Of a DNA stretch of 64,000 nucleotides, positions 23,470-34,885 are shown piece after piece. Every line of letters starts with the position of its first letter. The stretch's first letter is position 1. The position numbers and the translations under genes are program-made. The stretch covers positions 310,001 to 374,000 of the forward strand of contig JADEYG010000009.1 of NCBI GenBank assembly GCA_016906335.1. Reading direction: 5' to 3'. The notes beneath the pieces were generated by a model. It did no database searches. It saw nothing but the letters and a program-made list of their open reading frames with translations, and was not told the origin of the DNA. The stretch is from Novakomyces olei. Taxonomy: Eukaryota.

Positions 23470-26400
23470 CAGTAATCTATGGTTATTTAAAGCAAATCAG
23501 TGGTGCGGTCTTGATAGAAAATCTGTAATTGCCAGTAATGGCAGTATTACGTTTCAGTCCCTTGTTATTTTCTGCTATATTTGCTTTTTCCCTAGTCATA
23601 AATGATGGGGGCAGGTTATTGGGGGAGATATGGCAGTATGCACACCACGTGCTTGCCCTGTCCTGTCATCGCAAACTTGTGCGACTACGCCACCTGGTAC
23701 CCTAACCCTAACTCTTATTGCATTAAATAAGATTGCAGATGATTTACTAGTGCCTATAGGCTCTCGAGTCAAACCCTCATTTCTTTCAAGCAATGTTCGA
23801 ATTCGCTATTGCCGTCTTTTTGACTATATTAATCTATATCCTCAATGCATACTGCGGACAGGAACGCGTTCAACTTAAAGCGGGTCGTTCATATCTTCTA
23901 AATGCTGTTATCGAATTTTTATCAGATAAGTCTAAATCTAATCAGTCTATTTCCTACGTATTTCCTTGCCTAATCCGATTGCTCTTGATGGCTTGTGAGT
24001 ATCGTGACAAGGCATCAATCATGTACGGGACGACTGCCATCTGGTATCCCACCTGGGATGGAAAACTATACCGTTTCTGCCTTTAATTATAATTCAATAT
24101 ACAGATAGGTTTCCACCCTTTTCAAGATCGCGAGAGGTGTCGTCGCGTACACACTTGAGGACGTTTCATTAATTCTCCGATCAAGATTGATTGGGCTGCT
24201 CGATATGATTTGTTGAATTGCTACGCTCGTCGTATGTGATTGAGAAATTGGATACCAATAATGCAATGCTGATCATATTATGCGTGTATGGTGCACTATA
24301 TGTAACGTACTTGTAGAAATATTGTATTCCTACTTGGCAATTTAGACGACAGGCATTGCAGGAATGAGTGTCAAGTCTGTTAGTCTACAGCTGCCACGAA
24401 CAGTCCGTCATAAGCTCATTGGAATTCGAGTTGAGATATCTCTCTCGGTACACTCGACAACTGCCATCGAGGCTTGGAGATCAGTGGTTAGTATAAGGAA
24501 ATAATAGAGATAATCGCCCCGACTTTGACAGATTTATTATCGATACCTAAAACAGAACTGTCATGGACATTTCAGCGCACAACGCCTTTTTGACAGGCAC
24601 AGCATATAGTCCGAATCTTTTAAATGCGTAATCTAAATTTTATTACAGAGAGCATAGCAATCATGGCTTTTGCGTGTTTTGAATTTTATTGAACCGGGTT
24701 TGACGGTGATTCCCTGTATAGCGACATTGAGAATACAATACTGGAAGACGGTTGAAGCTGTGATTTCTCAAATTTTTCTAAATTGCTTCATTGACAATGC
24801 AAGGATAAACTTCATCGCTGCATAATAAACATGTAATTGGGCCGGTAATATTACTAGATTAATATTGCACAAGCAAAACATTATCGAGTTATCGCGTATA
24901 GAAATGGCCCATTACATGTTCGCTGTCGCAGAAAACAGAATAATGGTATTTACTAATGATACTATTAATGAGGTTACGACGGTGGAAAAAATAAATATCC
25001 GCCGATCTTGGGCGGTTAAAGAAAAGAAAAGACGACGAGGCAAGCGGCATTGAATTGATGCAAGCAATCTTTATTCTCCGATTACCAGAAACACCGCCTT
25101 GCTTCACTGATAAGTAGCTGGGGCAACTGATTATTCACATTAATTCAAGTCCGTTTTCCTGATTTCAATGTTGACAGCGGACGGCGTTGACAGGAGTGTG
25201 ATATCTATATTGCTGGAGGCACAGATAGTGCGGTGGTGATTGATACAGAATCACTTTAAGCGCAGATAACGCAATTGGATGTAGCACTACAAATCTTGGA
25301 GACACTGGCCGGCTATCTTTAAGATTGACACCCGTATCGATAAGTCTATTTTGGTCAGTACCCACCCAAGAAATTGCAATATTCAAAAGTGAATCAGTCT
25401 ATCATGGGTAAATGAAAATAATTGTTCTATCTGTCTAGATTTATGCAACCTTATTGATCCCGGTTTTGCATATCAAAACCTAGCCTTAAAGATAACATAA
25501 CCTGTTATTCAAAAATATCCATTAAACAAGATAGCGAAGCTTCGGCCGAGATTAGTCTCAAATCGGCACAAACCTGCTTACGTCACAATCTGCGGTCAAG
25601 CATTACCGTTTTTGGTCAGGAATGGGCGTAACGAAGAGTGAATGATCGAGAGCGAATATAAAGCAAATATTACATACCGGTTGGCTCCCTTATTATGCCG
25701 GAATTGCTCCTTAAATCTGGCCCGACTGCCGAATGATGTCCGCTTTAGAAGGGCTTGACGGAGATGAACGATCTTGCCGTTTTAGGCATGTAGTGCTGTA
25801 ACTAGAATGACCAAAGAAGCTTAAGACTCATTAGTCATCCAATAGAAATAGATCTGTATTCGAGACAAAACGTTACTCCTTCCTTTTTGATAAAACCCAC
25901 ACACCTCTTACGATACCGAGCATCCGGCCAGCCAATTAAATGCCATTGAGAGGTTCTAAGCGGATCTCACCTTTCCGCCTTACCCGTCAATTACGCATCG
26001 GCGAATAAGATCATAGATGAGAAGGATCGGCGTGCCCACGCAAGTCAAGGGGAAAAAAGGTTATTTACCAGATATTCGAGAAAGCACGTGTCAGAGTCTA
26101 TCCTCTTAGAGATTGGATTCCCGTGCCGAGACCGTCGTACCAGCATTCTGGACCAGGCTCAACATGCCGGAGCCTCTGTCGCCGAGCAAAACAGCAATGC
26201 AAGTTCTTACATTTTGATATTTACAAAGCATCATATTAAATGCAGTTTGCGAATGACGGCAAGGGCAGTAGGCAGCGTACAATACAAACAAGATCCTTAA
26301 TTTACACAATATAATAAACCCGAATTGGCGCAATCAGCAAGAATTGTATTTCCAGGTAGCTCCTTCCGCCATCGTAAAATGCCGAGCAATATATACGTAC
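23470..26400 (+). ncRNA. Candidate telomerase RNA (TER/TR), ends approximate
   Basis: Template-like CTAACCCTAAC at 23702-23712 lies 3 nt after a 14-bp long-range helix (23496-23510/23683-23698). More than 12 further nested helices with G-U pairs run to at least 26263. No credible protein gene is present in this span. The pseudoknot and CR4/5 were not firmly identified. Confidence 0.68.
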
Positions 26401-26850
26401 AATAATGACAGGTGACAGATATGCTATTTTTTCAATTTATCCCGTGCAATATCGGCAAATCTTTGGATATACAATTCTTAAAGTATAATTAAAAATCCCG
26501 TTACGATCCAAAACGGTAATTTGGCACATGTCATATGTATCCAATGTCGATGTCTATGTAACAGGCCATATATGTTATATATGCAACAAAAGAGGGGTGA
26601 GAGATATCGCAAAACAACTGGCTCTCAGATGGAACAGCACTAACCTCGAGCTTATCCTACCGCAAAAATAGACCGGTTCCAAACAAAAAAAAACAAAAAA
26701 AAATCTTTCACCATTCTTTCTCTCGAGCCAGCCCTATCCCCGAAAGTGCCGTTTGTGGGCGTGCACATTCATCTTCTGCACGAATGCCGGTCTTTGTCTC
26801 GTCGCGTTGCGCATTCACCTCAAACAAACGAATCGGCTCATGAGCTGATC

Positions 26851-28925
26851 ATGAGCAACCGTCTTCCGTCTCTATACGAGGTATGATTTTATCAAGACAA
26901 AACCGTTACTGATATATTCTTTCTTTGCCGCAGATTATTCCCGAGCTTAGAGACGCGCGGTCAGGCAATGCCGATTCGCCGACGCCTCTTGTCCAAACCC
27001 CGACTTATCAGCAGTACTCTCGTCGCGCCACTGAGCCACCACAGGAATGTAAGCAACTTGACAAAGACCTTTTCTTCAGTTTGCTTTTTGTTTGTTTGGC
27101 TTTATAATTACGAGTTCAATGGCCTATGAATGATCTGTGGCAGCGCTGCTATGAAAGAGCGGCACCTACAGTTCGTGTGCTTTCGCTTGGTTGCCCATAT
27201 ATTTGTGATTTGTGATAAGCGTTACCAATGCAAAGGGGACACAAATATTACACATATGACCAGTCGAAAGCCTGTCTCTCCCTGACTCGTGACAATTATT
27301 TGCTATTTTTTTTTGACCGACTGGACTTGTCTCACACTTGCGGATACATTTCGACTCTTTCCACAGCGTACTTTACCTTTTTTTTGTTTTGCTTTTGTTT
27401 TGTTTTGTTCTATTTGTTTTGTTTAAGTTAGTATTATATATTTTTATGCCCAAGCTTTAGTTTCCATCATTTGACACTCATCATTTGACCTTTATTTCCG
27501 TATTTCAGGAGATACTTACTTTCAGGGTCGCCGCATAACAGCGCCACTTTTGGCACTGAGGCAAATGATTATAACCGAGGCCGTCGGTTTTCTGCTGCCA
27601 GTGGCAGCGACGCGTCAGCTCAAGCGCATCGCGTATCTGTTGCCTCTCTAACGAGCTTTGGAGACTCTTTAATTGGGACAGCATCAGACGAGAATGCTAG
27701 TAGCATTGCTTCTCCTCCACACTCATTTGGCCGAGGGGAACACGCCTCGAGTGTTGCTCAGCAGCAGCAAACACCACAGACACAGACACAAACGCAATAT
27801 CAGTATAGTCCTCGTTCTTCGTGGATCGGAGCCTCACAATCTTTCTCTGCCCGAGGTCGTGCTCCCTCATCTGCAGGCGGCACCGATAGACGCTTCAGCG
27901 ATATTGGACCTATTCCCCTATACAGTGCTCCTGAGGCCCGTCTTACATCAGCACAATCATCTCTCTCTGAGGCAGCTTCTTCATCAGTCTCTATTGGAGA
28001 CACGAGCGGAGTTCCTTTGTCCTTTTACTCTCCTTTACTGCAACGCCAAGCGCAGCAGTCGGCAATGTACCCTTCACAGCCAGGGATGTACCATCAGCCA
28101 GGGCCACAGCAATTTTATTATCCAAACTACGACGACAAGGGCAGTACTTTTGATGAACAACAGAAACGAGTTGCACAGAATGCTTTTGCCCAGCCAGTGA
28201 GTATTCCACGTCGAAGTACAGCTGAATCCTACTTTCAAGGGTTTTCTCTGGCTGCTAATCCAGGATCAAACGTAGCTGCAACAAGCTCGTCAACAGGTTC
28301 AGGAACAGCAGCAGTGCCTGAAACAGGCTCTGGCTTTAGCGGTGCTACTGCTGCTCCGACTTCTTCTTCCTCAGCTGCAGCATCAAGAGCGATTGATTCT
28401 GGGGAAGGCTCTCCTCGGAGCAAAGTAGCACCAATTGCGTCCGAGTACGAGTTCCGATCTCTCTCTTCTTCTTTTCTGGCGGCGGCAGCAGCAGCAGCCG
28501 CTTCGTCTTCCTCTACGGCTCCCGTTTCTTCTGCCTCAACGCCTTTAAGTGCTGTTGATCCAAGATTTTCCGAACTTGAATTTGGCAGGGACAATAAAAA
28601 CGTAAAGGGGTCTAGCCGGAGATCGAGTAGAACGGACGAACCAAGTGCTGAAGCAAGACGGTCCAGTTCAGAGTCACCAAACAAGACAGAAGAGCGAAGA
28701 CGTCGGGGCAATCTACCTAAATCCACAACTACACTATTACGCAATTGGCTCACTTCACATGCGAGCCATCCATACCCCACGGAGGAAGAAAAGCATAGTC
28801 TGGCTAAACAGACCCATCTTTCAGTTAATCAGATAAGCAATTGGTTTATAAATGCCCGACGTCGGATTTTGCAGCACAAGCGGACGACAAGTACTTCCAC
28901 AGCAACGGCTTCGAGCGATCGATAA
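26851..28925 (+). CDS. TALE-class (TGIF/Cup9/Tos8-like) homeodomain transcription factor, exons 26851-26880, 26934-27048 and 27526-28925
   Basis: Homeobox_KN domain [33 protein letters not shown]...[12 protein letters not shown]. The N-terminus is [15 protein letters not shown]. Splice sites keep the frame open into the 28017 ORF. Confidence 0.9.
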
Positions 28926-29501
28926 GATAGAGAGCAAGAGAAAAAAATGAAAAACTGAAAATCAAATAATGAAAAATAAAATATTAAAACAAAAAAAAAA
29001 CCGAAACGAAAAACCGTCGAGACAGAGACTTGGAGGACGCGCTTAGATCCTCGAAGCTATGAATTTTTTTGTTCACTCATTTTATTACTATTTATTATCA
29101 TTTTCCTTTCTCTATTTTCCCCACATGTGTGTTGCTGCATTATAATTCGTTACACATGTTTTGAACGATGGACTAAAAGATACAAAAGAAATGTATCAAA
29201 ATTGTATTAAAACGGTAGTTGACCTATCGAGTTACTGTGTCGATCTGTACTATTATCTGTACGCATAAACTTTAATTTGTCATGTTGGCGCTAGAAGGAG
29301 GACATAGTTACAGAGTAATATGGACTGGACTTTGAATGACGCTACTCACACAAAGGCTCTACGCCACAGTATACGTATTCTACTGAAGTCTCTGCCGCAC
29401 TAGTCGGCGTTGAACGGTAGTTTTTAAGGCATGTTCCGCTATAACCTGGCGGCCTGGCCTGGCCATGCCCAGCCAGGCAAAAAGCGTATCCAGACCATAA
29501 C

Positions 29502-30034
29502 CTAGTTGTCATTAGTCGCAGCCTCTGGAGCCCCGTCTTCGTCTTGTTTCGCATTCCGGCCATAACCACCACGGCCCGCGTCGTACTCTGACCTGTGCTC
29601 GTCGCGTATTTGCCCACCAGATTTGCCTCGACCATACTGCCGCCCTTCTTTGAAACCAGGATCAATATCACACCGAATTGCCCGCTCATCCAGCTTTGTG
29701 CCCGAGATATAGAGCAAAGCAGCCAGAGCGGCCGATCGTGTCCTATAGATAACAAAGCAAAAGCCGCAAGGTGTCTTTGAAAACCTGTCAAGGCCCATTA
29801 TAACCCGTTCTAAAGGCCCACATTTCTGAAATAGCTCGATTATTTGTCTAGCTGTTAGATGGTGAAGGATCAAGGTCCACAGGCTTACTCTTCTGTCGTG
29901 TAAAAGGACAAGTTTCCAACGTAAAGAGTGCGGCTGGTTTTAAGCGCTTCAAACTCTTCTTCTGGAAGCCGACTACGCGAGGCATATGGACTCGGCCGAT
30001 CAAGGCGGTGGACGAGACGCAAATCCGTCTCCAT
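29502..30034 (-). CDS. CBC2: Nuclear cap-binding protein subunit 2 (Cbp20), 2 exons
   Basis: [46 protein letters not shown] and [24 protein letters not shown]. Confidence 0.96.
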
Positions 30035-30620
30035 GAAACTGAGCCAAATCTGTGACGCTGACTGCTCCTGCTCCTATATGTATATTTATCAATTTATTTA
30101 TTTATCTATCTATATTTGTTCATGTATTGCAACTAATATACTGGAATCTTTTATATACAGTAGGTAAAAACGTATAAGCTTTATTAATATGGCTGTCTGA
30201 CGGCGTTCAGAATCGTATACAATAACAGTCTTAGGCATTGCCGGGAAAGCTTCCGTTCTGTAGAGTACTGATTTTTCAATTAGGTTCGTGCAACAAGTGC
30301 AACACACAGATACAGATTGAGGTTATAATTGCGCTTGAATGATTCACAAGTTTGCGATGGCTTAAAAGCGACCGACACATGTACGATGATTATCACAGTC
30401 GCGATTAGCAATAATTAGAAAAGAAAAACGTAAAAAAGTAAAAATATAAAAATAATTAAATAATTAAATAATTAAATAAATAAATAAATCAGGACCACTT
30501 CGACTAGTATGCTTTTTAAGCTATAATTAATACGTATAGCCAATATAGATAATATACGTACGTGCTGGCACCGCACAGCCAAACCAACTCGACTGGTTCA
30601 ACTAGGACAAGTCCTGCGGC

Positions 30621-33600
30621 ATGGCCGCTGCAGGAAACTCACATTTGCTACAGCGCCTGGAGACGCATCCAATATTCAAATCCGTGCTTGGACCTACAAG
30701 TCTAAGTGCAAAGGATGCCGGGGAAAATAATACGATTGATGCTGGCGCGTACAATCAAATCGCCTTGGCGGAACATGACCTCTTTGTTGTTGTAAACAAT
30801 GAAGTTCGCTACTTGAATTTAGCTGCAATCATCAGTGACTCGTTATCATATCATGTATGCAAAAAAAGGGAGAGGAAATTGTGCTAGAATGAAATGGACG
30901 CTCAAACGAATCTAATTCTCCACAAAACTGTCATCTTCTTTTCATATATTCTGACCCTATTTTCAGGTAATCACCGTACCCGAACTGAAATTTGCCGTTC
31001 ACAAAGTACTTTTGTCGCCAAACCGAAAGAAGCTCGCCCTTTTAGGAGAGCGAGATTTGTTATACATTAATATTCCTTCACGGACGGCACAGCCGACTCG
31101 ACAGAATTTGGACACTACAACAAAGTAAGATCAACAGACGAAAAACAATTTCGAGTTTATATTTTCATTTATTCTAAAATGACGTAAAAGCAATTAAAAT
31201 CGTACCCCAAAAATGAAACAAAAGATTCCTTTGCGCTGACTGTAAATTTCATTTGAAAGAGGCCACTTTGTAGGTTCACAGACGCGCTCGCGTATCGTCG
31301 ACGTGCAATGGCACCCATTTTCACGAAACTCTCAATCGCTTTTTCTATTATTTGACGATGGTTTCTTACGCACGTTTGAGCTGGATACTTCGTGTGAGAT
31401 TGCGGATCAAGAAATACAGGTGTCCCCTCGAGCACGGCCTGTGAATTCGCAGGGCAGCTATTCTCTATCGGATGAGTATACGCCTTCCAGTTTTGCCCTC
31501 TTCAACGTTTTGTCAGGAGGCAATAGCAGCGGCAACAGCAACGGCTATAATGGCGGCTGGAACGTATTGGCCGTGCGTGTTGCCATGCAGGACGGTAGTT
31601 TGTATACAGTCTGTCCTGTTTTGCCAGCTTACAGTCTTGTGCCCCGATCTTTTATAGAGACACTGGCTTCTATTTGCCAAGTTTCTCAAAAAGCAGCCAA
31701 AAATAGTGAAGAACAATTGCAGTGCAAGAAGCAAATTCGGTGGATTGCAGATATCTTGGGACAAGTTTCAATGAAGGATTTTGGCCTGGATACTTTGAGC
31801 AGTATCGGCTCTACCGATCGTGAGTCGGCCACGGAACTTGTTGTTTTCCGCCGCCCTTTAGGTGTTATTAAAGAAGCTCTTGCGTTACAAGGACCAGCAC
31901 TATTTAATCATGGGACAAGTGATGATGAGGCTACTGATCTGTCTACAGAGACAGTGATATTTAGTATTGGATTTGGTTTAATTAATTTGTTGATCGTTGC
32001 CGGCACAAGTGGGCGGATTGATGTGTGCCTTGATACACAAATTGTTGATACGCAGTGGAAACCGGTATGCCCAACACGCTAGATTGTTTTATACCTTTTT
32101 AAGGGACAAATTGTTTTTTTTTTAGTATTTGTTTTGGTTTATTTATCAATGGATGTTCCATCTTCAAGAATATCATTGAATGTTGCCCTTGTTTTTTTCA
32201 TGTTGTTTTTGTCTCTTTTCGCCTTTTATTCTTTCGTGTTGTCCATTACAATTTATAATGTTTTGGAAAGACTAGCCTTTTCCCTGCCTTTAAAACTTCT
32301 TTTTGAAGATTTTTTCAATAAAAATACTTACTTTGCAGACTGCACAAAACGACTATCCACGACTGGCTGTGTATGAAACGATCGAATTACCTCACAAAGA
32401 CGATGATGAACTGCCACAAGTGATGCAGGATCAGATTGTACAAGAAAAGCTTTACATTGTCTACTCGAGCAGCGTCTATATTGTAGACATGCAGGACTGG
32501 CTGTCCAAGTTTAATGATCCGGAGGCTTACTCTAGAAATATTAACGATATTCTTGCGGAAACTTTTGGATTGGGGATATTGTCAAAAGTATCACGCCTTT
32601 TAGATACAAATCCCTTGAGATCGTAATGCATTACTCTACGGTTTATTTTTATTTTTATTTTTATTTTTTTCAATTCAATTCAATTCAATTCAACTCAATT
32701 TGATTTTATCTAGTCTTGTATCCATTGTCCTGTTCTTTTTTTCATGTTTCCTTTCATGCTGAATACAAACTAACCCAATAGACGGGAGTACGATAAAATC
32801 GTCGGGTTTACAGTCCTGTCTGATCCTCTCTTTGGCCATTTTGCACTATCATGCACGGCCTCTGGCTCAGTGCAAGCTCAGGTCCTGGACGATTTCTGTA
32901 TCAACGGAGGACAAGGTAGGACGAGCAATGCCAATGCTGGACCCCTTCCTCTGTCAGGATCTACGGCTGAAAAAGAAGAGCAATGTAACGACGCTTCAGG
33001 CCGGCATATCATGTATACTTCTCTCTTGCCTCGGCCTGTTTACCAGGTTCCTGCAGCCTTTTCACATGGGACCGCTTCGCAGACTCGGGTTGTTACACCG
33101 ACAGCTCTTCGTTCTTATATAAAAGCAGACCCGGATACGCTAAGGTTCTTGGGCAAAGCGGTGGAGCAGATCCGGCAGACGTTGAAGGAACAACACTCGG
33201 CTCTTTGCACGCTTTATTTACGTCTTGAACTACAGTCAAAGGAGACGCGTCGTCAGATAGAAAAGTTTAAGGATTTAGAGGAACGGTTACACCGGCTCGA
33301 CGGCCAAACTGAGGGCAATGTTGACCGGATTAAAGCAGTTCAAGAAACCCAAGCTAGCCTTCAACTGAGAGCGAATGCCTTGCTTCAAAGAGTTATGACA
33401 GCAAGCTCGCCTTGTCTCTCTGAAGACGAGAAGAAATGGGCAGCTGAATTGAAAAGAATACAGCAACGAGTGCAAGGGCAAAATGGGTTTGCGGACAGAA
33501 TTAAAGCCGTGCAAGATCGCGTTTCAAGGAAAGAGGAGCCAGTGCCCCTGCTAAAGGATCCACAGAGCAATACTCCCGTCAAATTAAAAGAGATCCAGCA

Positions 33601-33750
33601 GTTGAAGCAGTACCTCGACCGACAGTAAGTGAAAGAGAACGACAGATAATTTAATTTACAATCTAACTCTGTAGGACAATTACGCTCAATGCATGCAGGA
33701 GCCGGCTGAAGAAAATGGTAAACCTCGTTTCCGACTCACAATTGGACTGA
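30621..33750 (+). CDS. NUP82: Nucleoporin Nup82/Nup88 family, multi-exon
   Basis: N-terminal HPIF and a beta-propeller with LLSPNRKKLALLG, QWHP and AMQDGSLYTVCP. LAVYETIEL is followed by a C-terminal coiled coil (LSEDEKKWAAEL). Introns are canonical. Confidence 0.85.
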
Positions 33751-33822
33751 TCGGGTTTGTGAGACAACTTTCTTTTCAATATTTCCTTTATTTTCTATTA
33801 GTTAATGACGATTGTGCAACAG

Positions 33823-34686
33823 TCACGCCTCCTCTATATCGCGTAATGCCAGTTTTATAATTTCCGCAGATTCATGCTCTGCTTTCTCGCCGCCTATTGT
33901 GCAAACAGCAGCATAGATATTAGGCGCAATGAGAAACATACTGCACACAACGTTCTGATTAAGGATTCCCTCTTCCCATAATGTAGCAATGCCTGTGTGC
34001 AGACGGTAAATGCCATCTTGAGCGCGCAGAAACCGGTCGACACGGAACTCGAGCGCCCGTAAATCTGCGGCAATTCCGACGCCCAATGCTTTAACATACG
34101 CTTCCTTAAGTGCCCATAGCTGATAAAATCGCGATAATCGGCCGTCATCGTCAGCCAATTTATTTGTGTTTTTTTGACGATGATAATCGCTGTCATCCCC
34201 TCCTTCATTGCCTTCGACAGTAATCTGTGCCCATTCAAAAGTCGAAAAAAAGGGATTAAAATCACTCAAAAATTCATCGACCATTGCCGAGTCTAACGTC
34301 CCACCGCTAATATCAACACCAACACGTGCATTAGTATTATGTACAGATCCCAGGAGCACATGACCCGAATGATGAGATATATTGAAATCTAAAGCGCCCG
34401 GGAAGAAAGGCCGGCCTGTTCCTATTTCCCGGAGTACATGCACATTGTGAAATGGAATATTGCAGGCACGAGACACGTGGTACCGGGCTACAATGGCAGA
34501 ACCGAGGGACATTGCGGCATCGCGGTGGAAATAGTACTTTTTTATTTGATCGATCCTTACATTATCGTCCACCAAGGCACTGAGACAGCGTTCAAACTGA
34601 AATATATTAGATTCAAGTGCTTTGTTGTCTGTTTATACCGTCACATGATCCTCAAAGCAGCTGCAGTCGAAACAGAGCAGTTTCAT
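33823..34686 (-). CDS. LYS5: Sfp-type 4'-phosphopantetheinyl transferase (Lys5/Ppt1), 2 exons
   Basis: RDAAMSLGS, GRP, DFNISHH, VGVDI and FYQLWALKEAYVKALGVG motifs. A short first exon MKLLCFDCSCFEDHVT is inferred. Confidence 0.9.
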
Positions 34687-34761
34687 CTATTGTCATCCGG
34701 CTGGAATTTGATCTTAAAAATATTAATAATAATTACAAATAAATAAATAAATATGATATTC

Positions 34762-34817
34762 AAAAAAAAAAAAAAAAAAAAAAAAAAAGAAACACACACA
34801 CACACACACACACACAC
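34762..34817. repeat. Poly-A run followed by (CA)n in the 200-bp LYS5/ESF2 divergent promoter
   Basis: Read directly from the sequence. Confidence 0.95.
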
Positions 34818-34885
34818 CCACACAAATGACCAGCAATAAATAAAAATAAAAGTTAAAGTCAGATAGACCTCTTTCTACAGCAGAG

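Noticed and set aside
23793-24086. 97-aa ORF with a hydrophobic N-terminus
   Set aside because: No recognisable family and no consistent spliced extension. It lies on one strand of the long RNA arm, which explains the sequence better. Translation cannot be fully excluded without Ribo-seq.
24865-25053. 62-aa ORF ending KEKKRRRGKRH
   Set aside because: TTG start, short, no upstream exons could be joined, and it overlaps predicted RNA helices.
25348-25359. ATTTTG followed by GTCAGT, resembling an Sm site plus 5' splice site as a TER 3' end
   Set aside because: It lies inside helices that close at 25744-25758, and no good branch point follows. It remains a fallback if RACE maps the end here.
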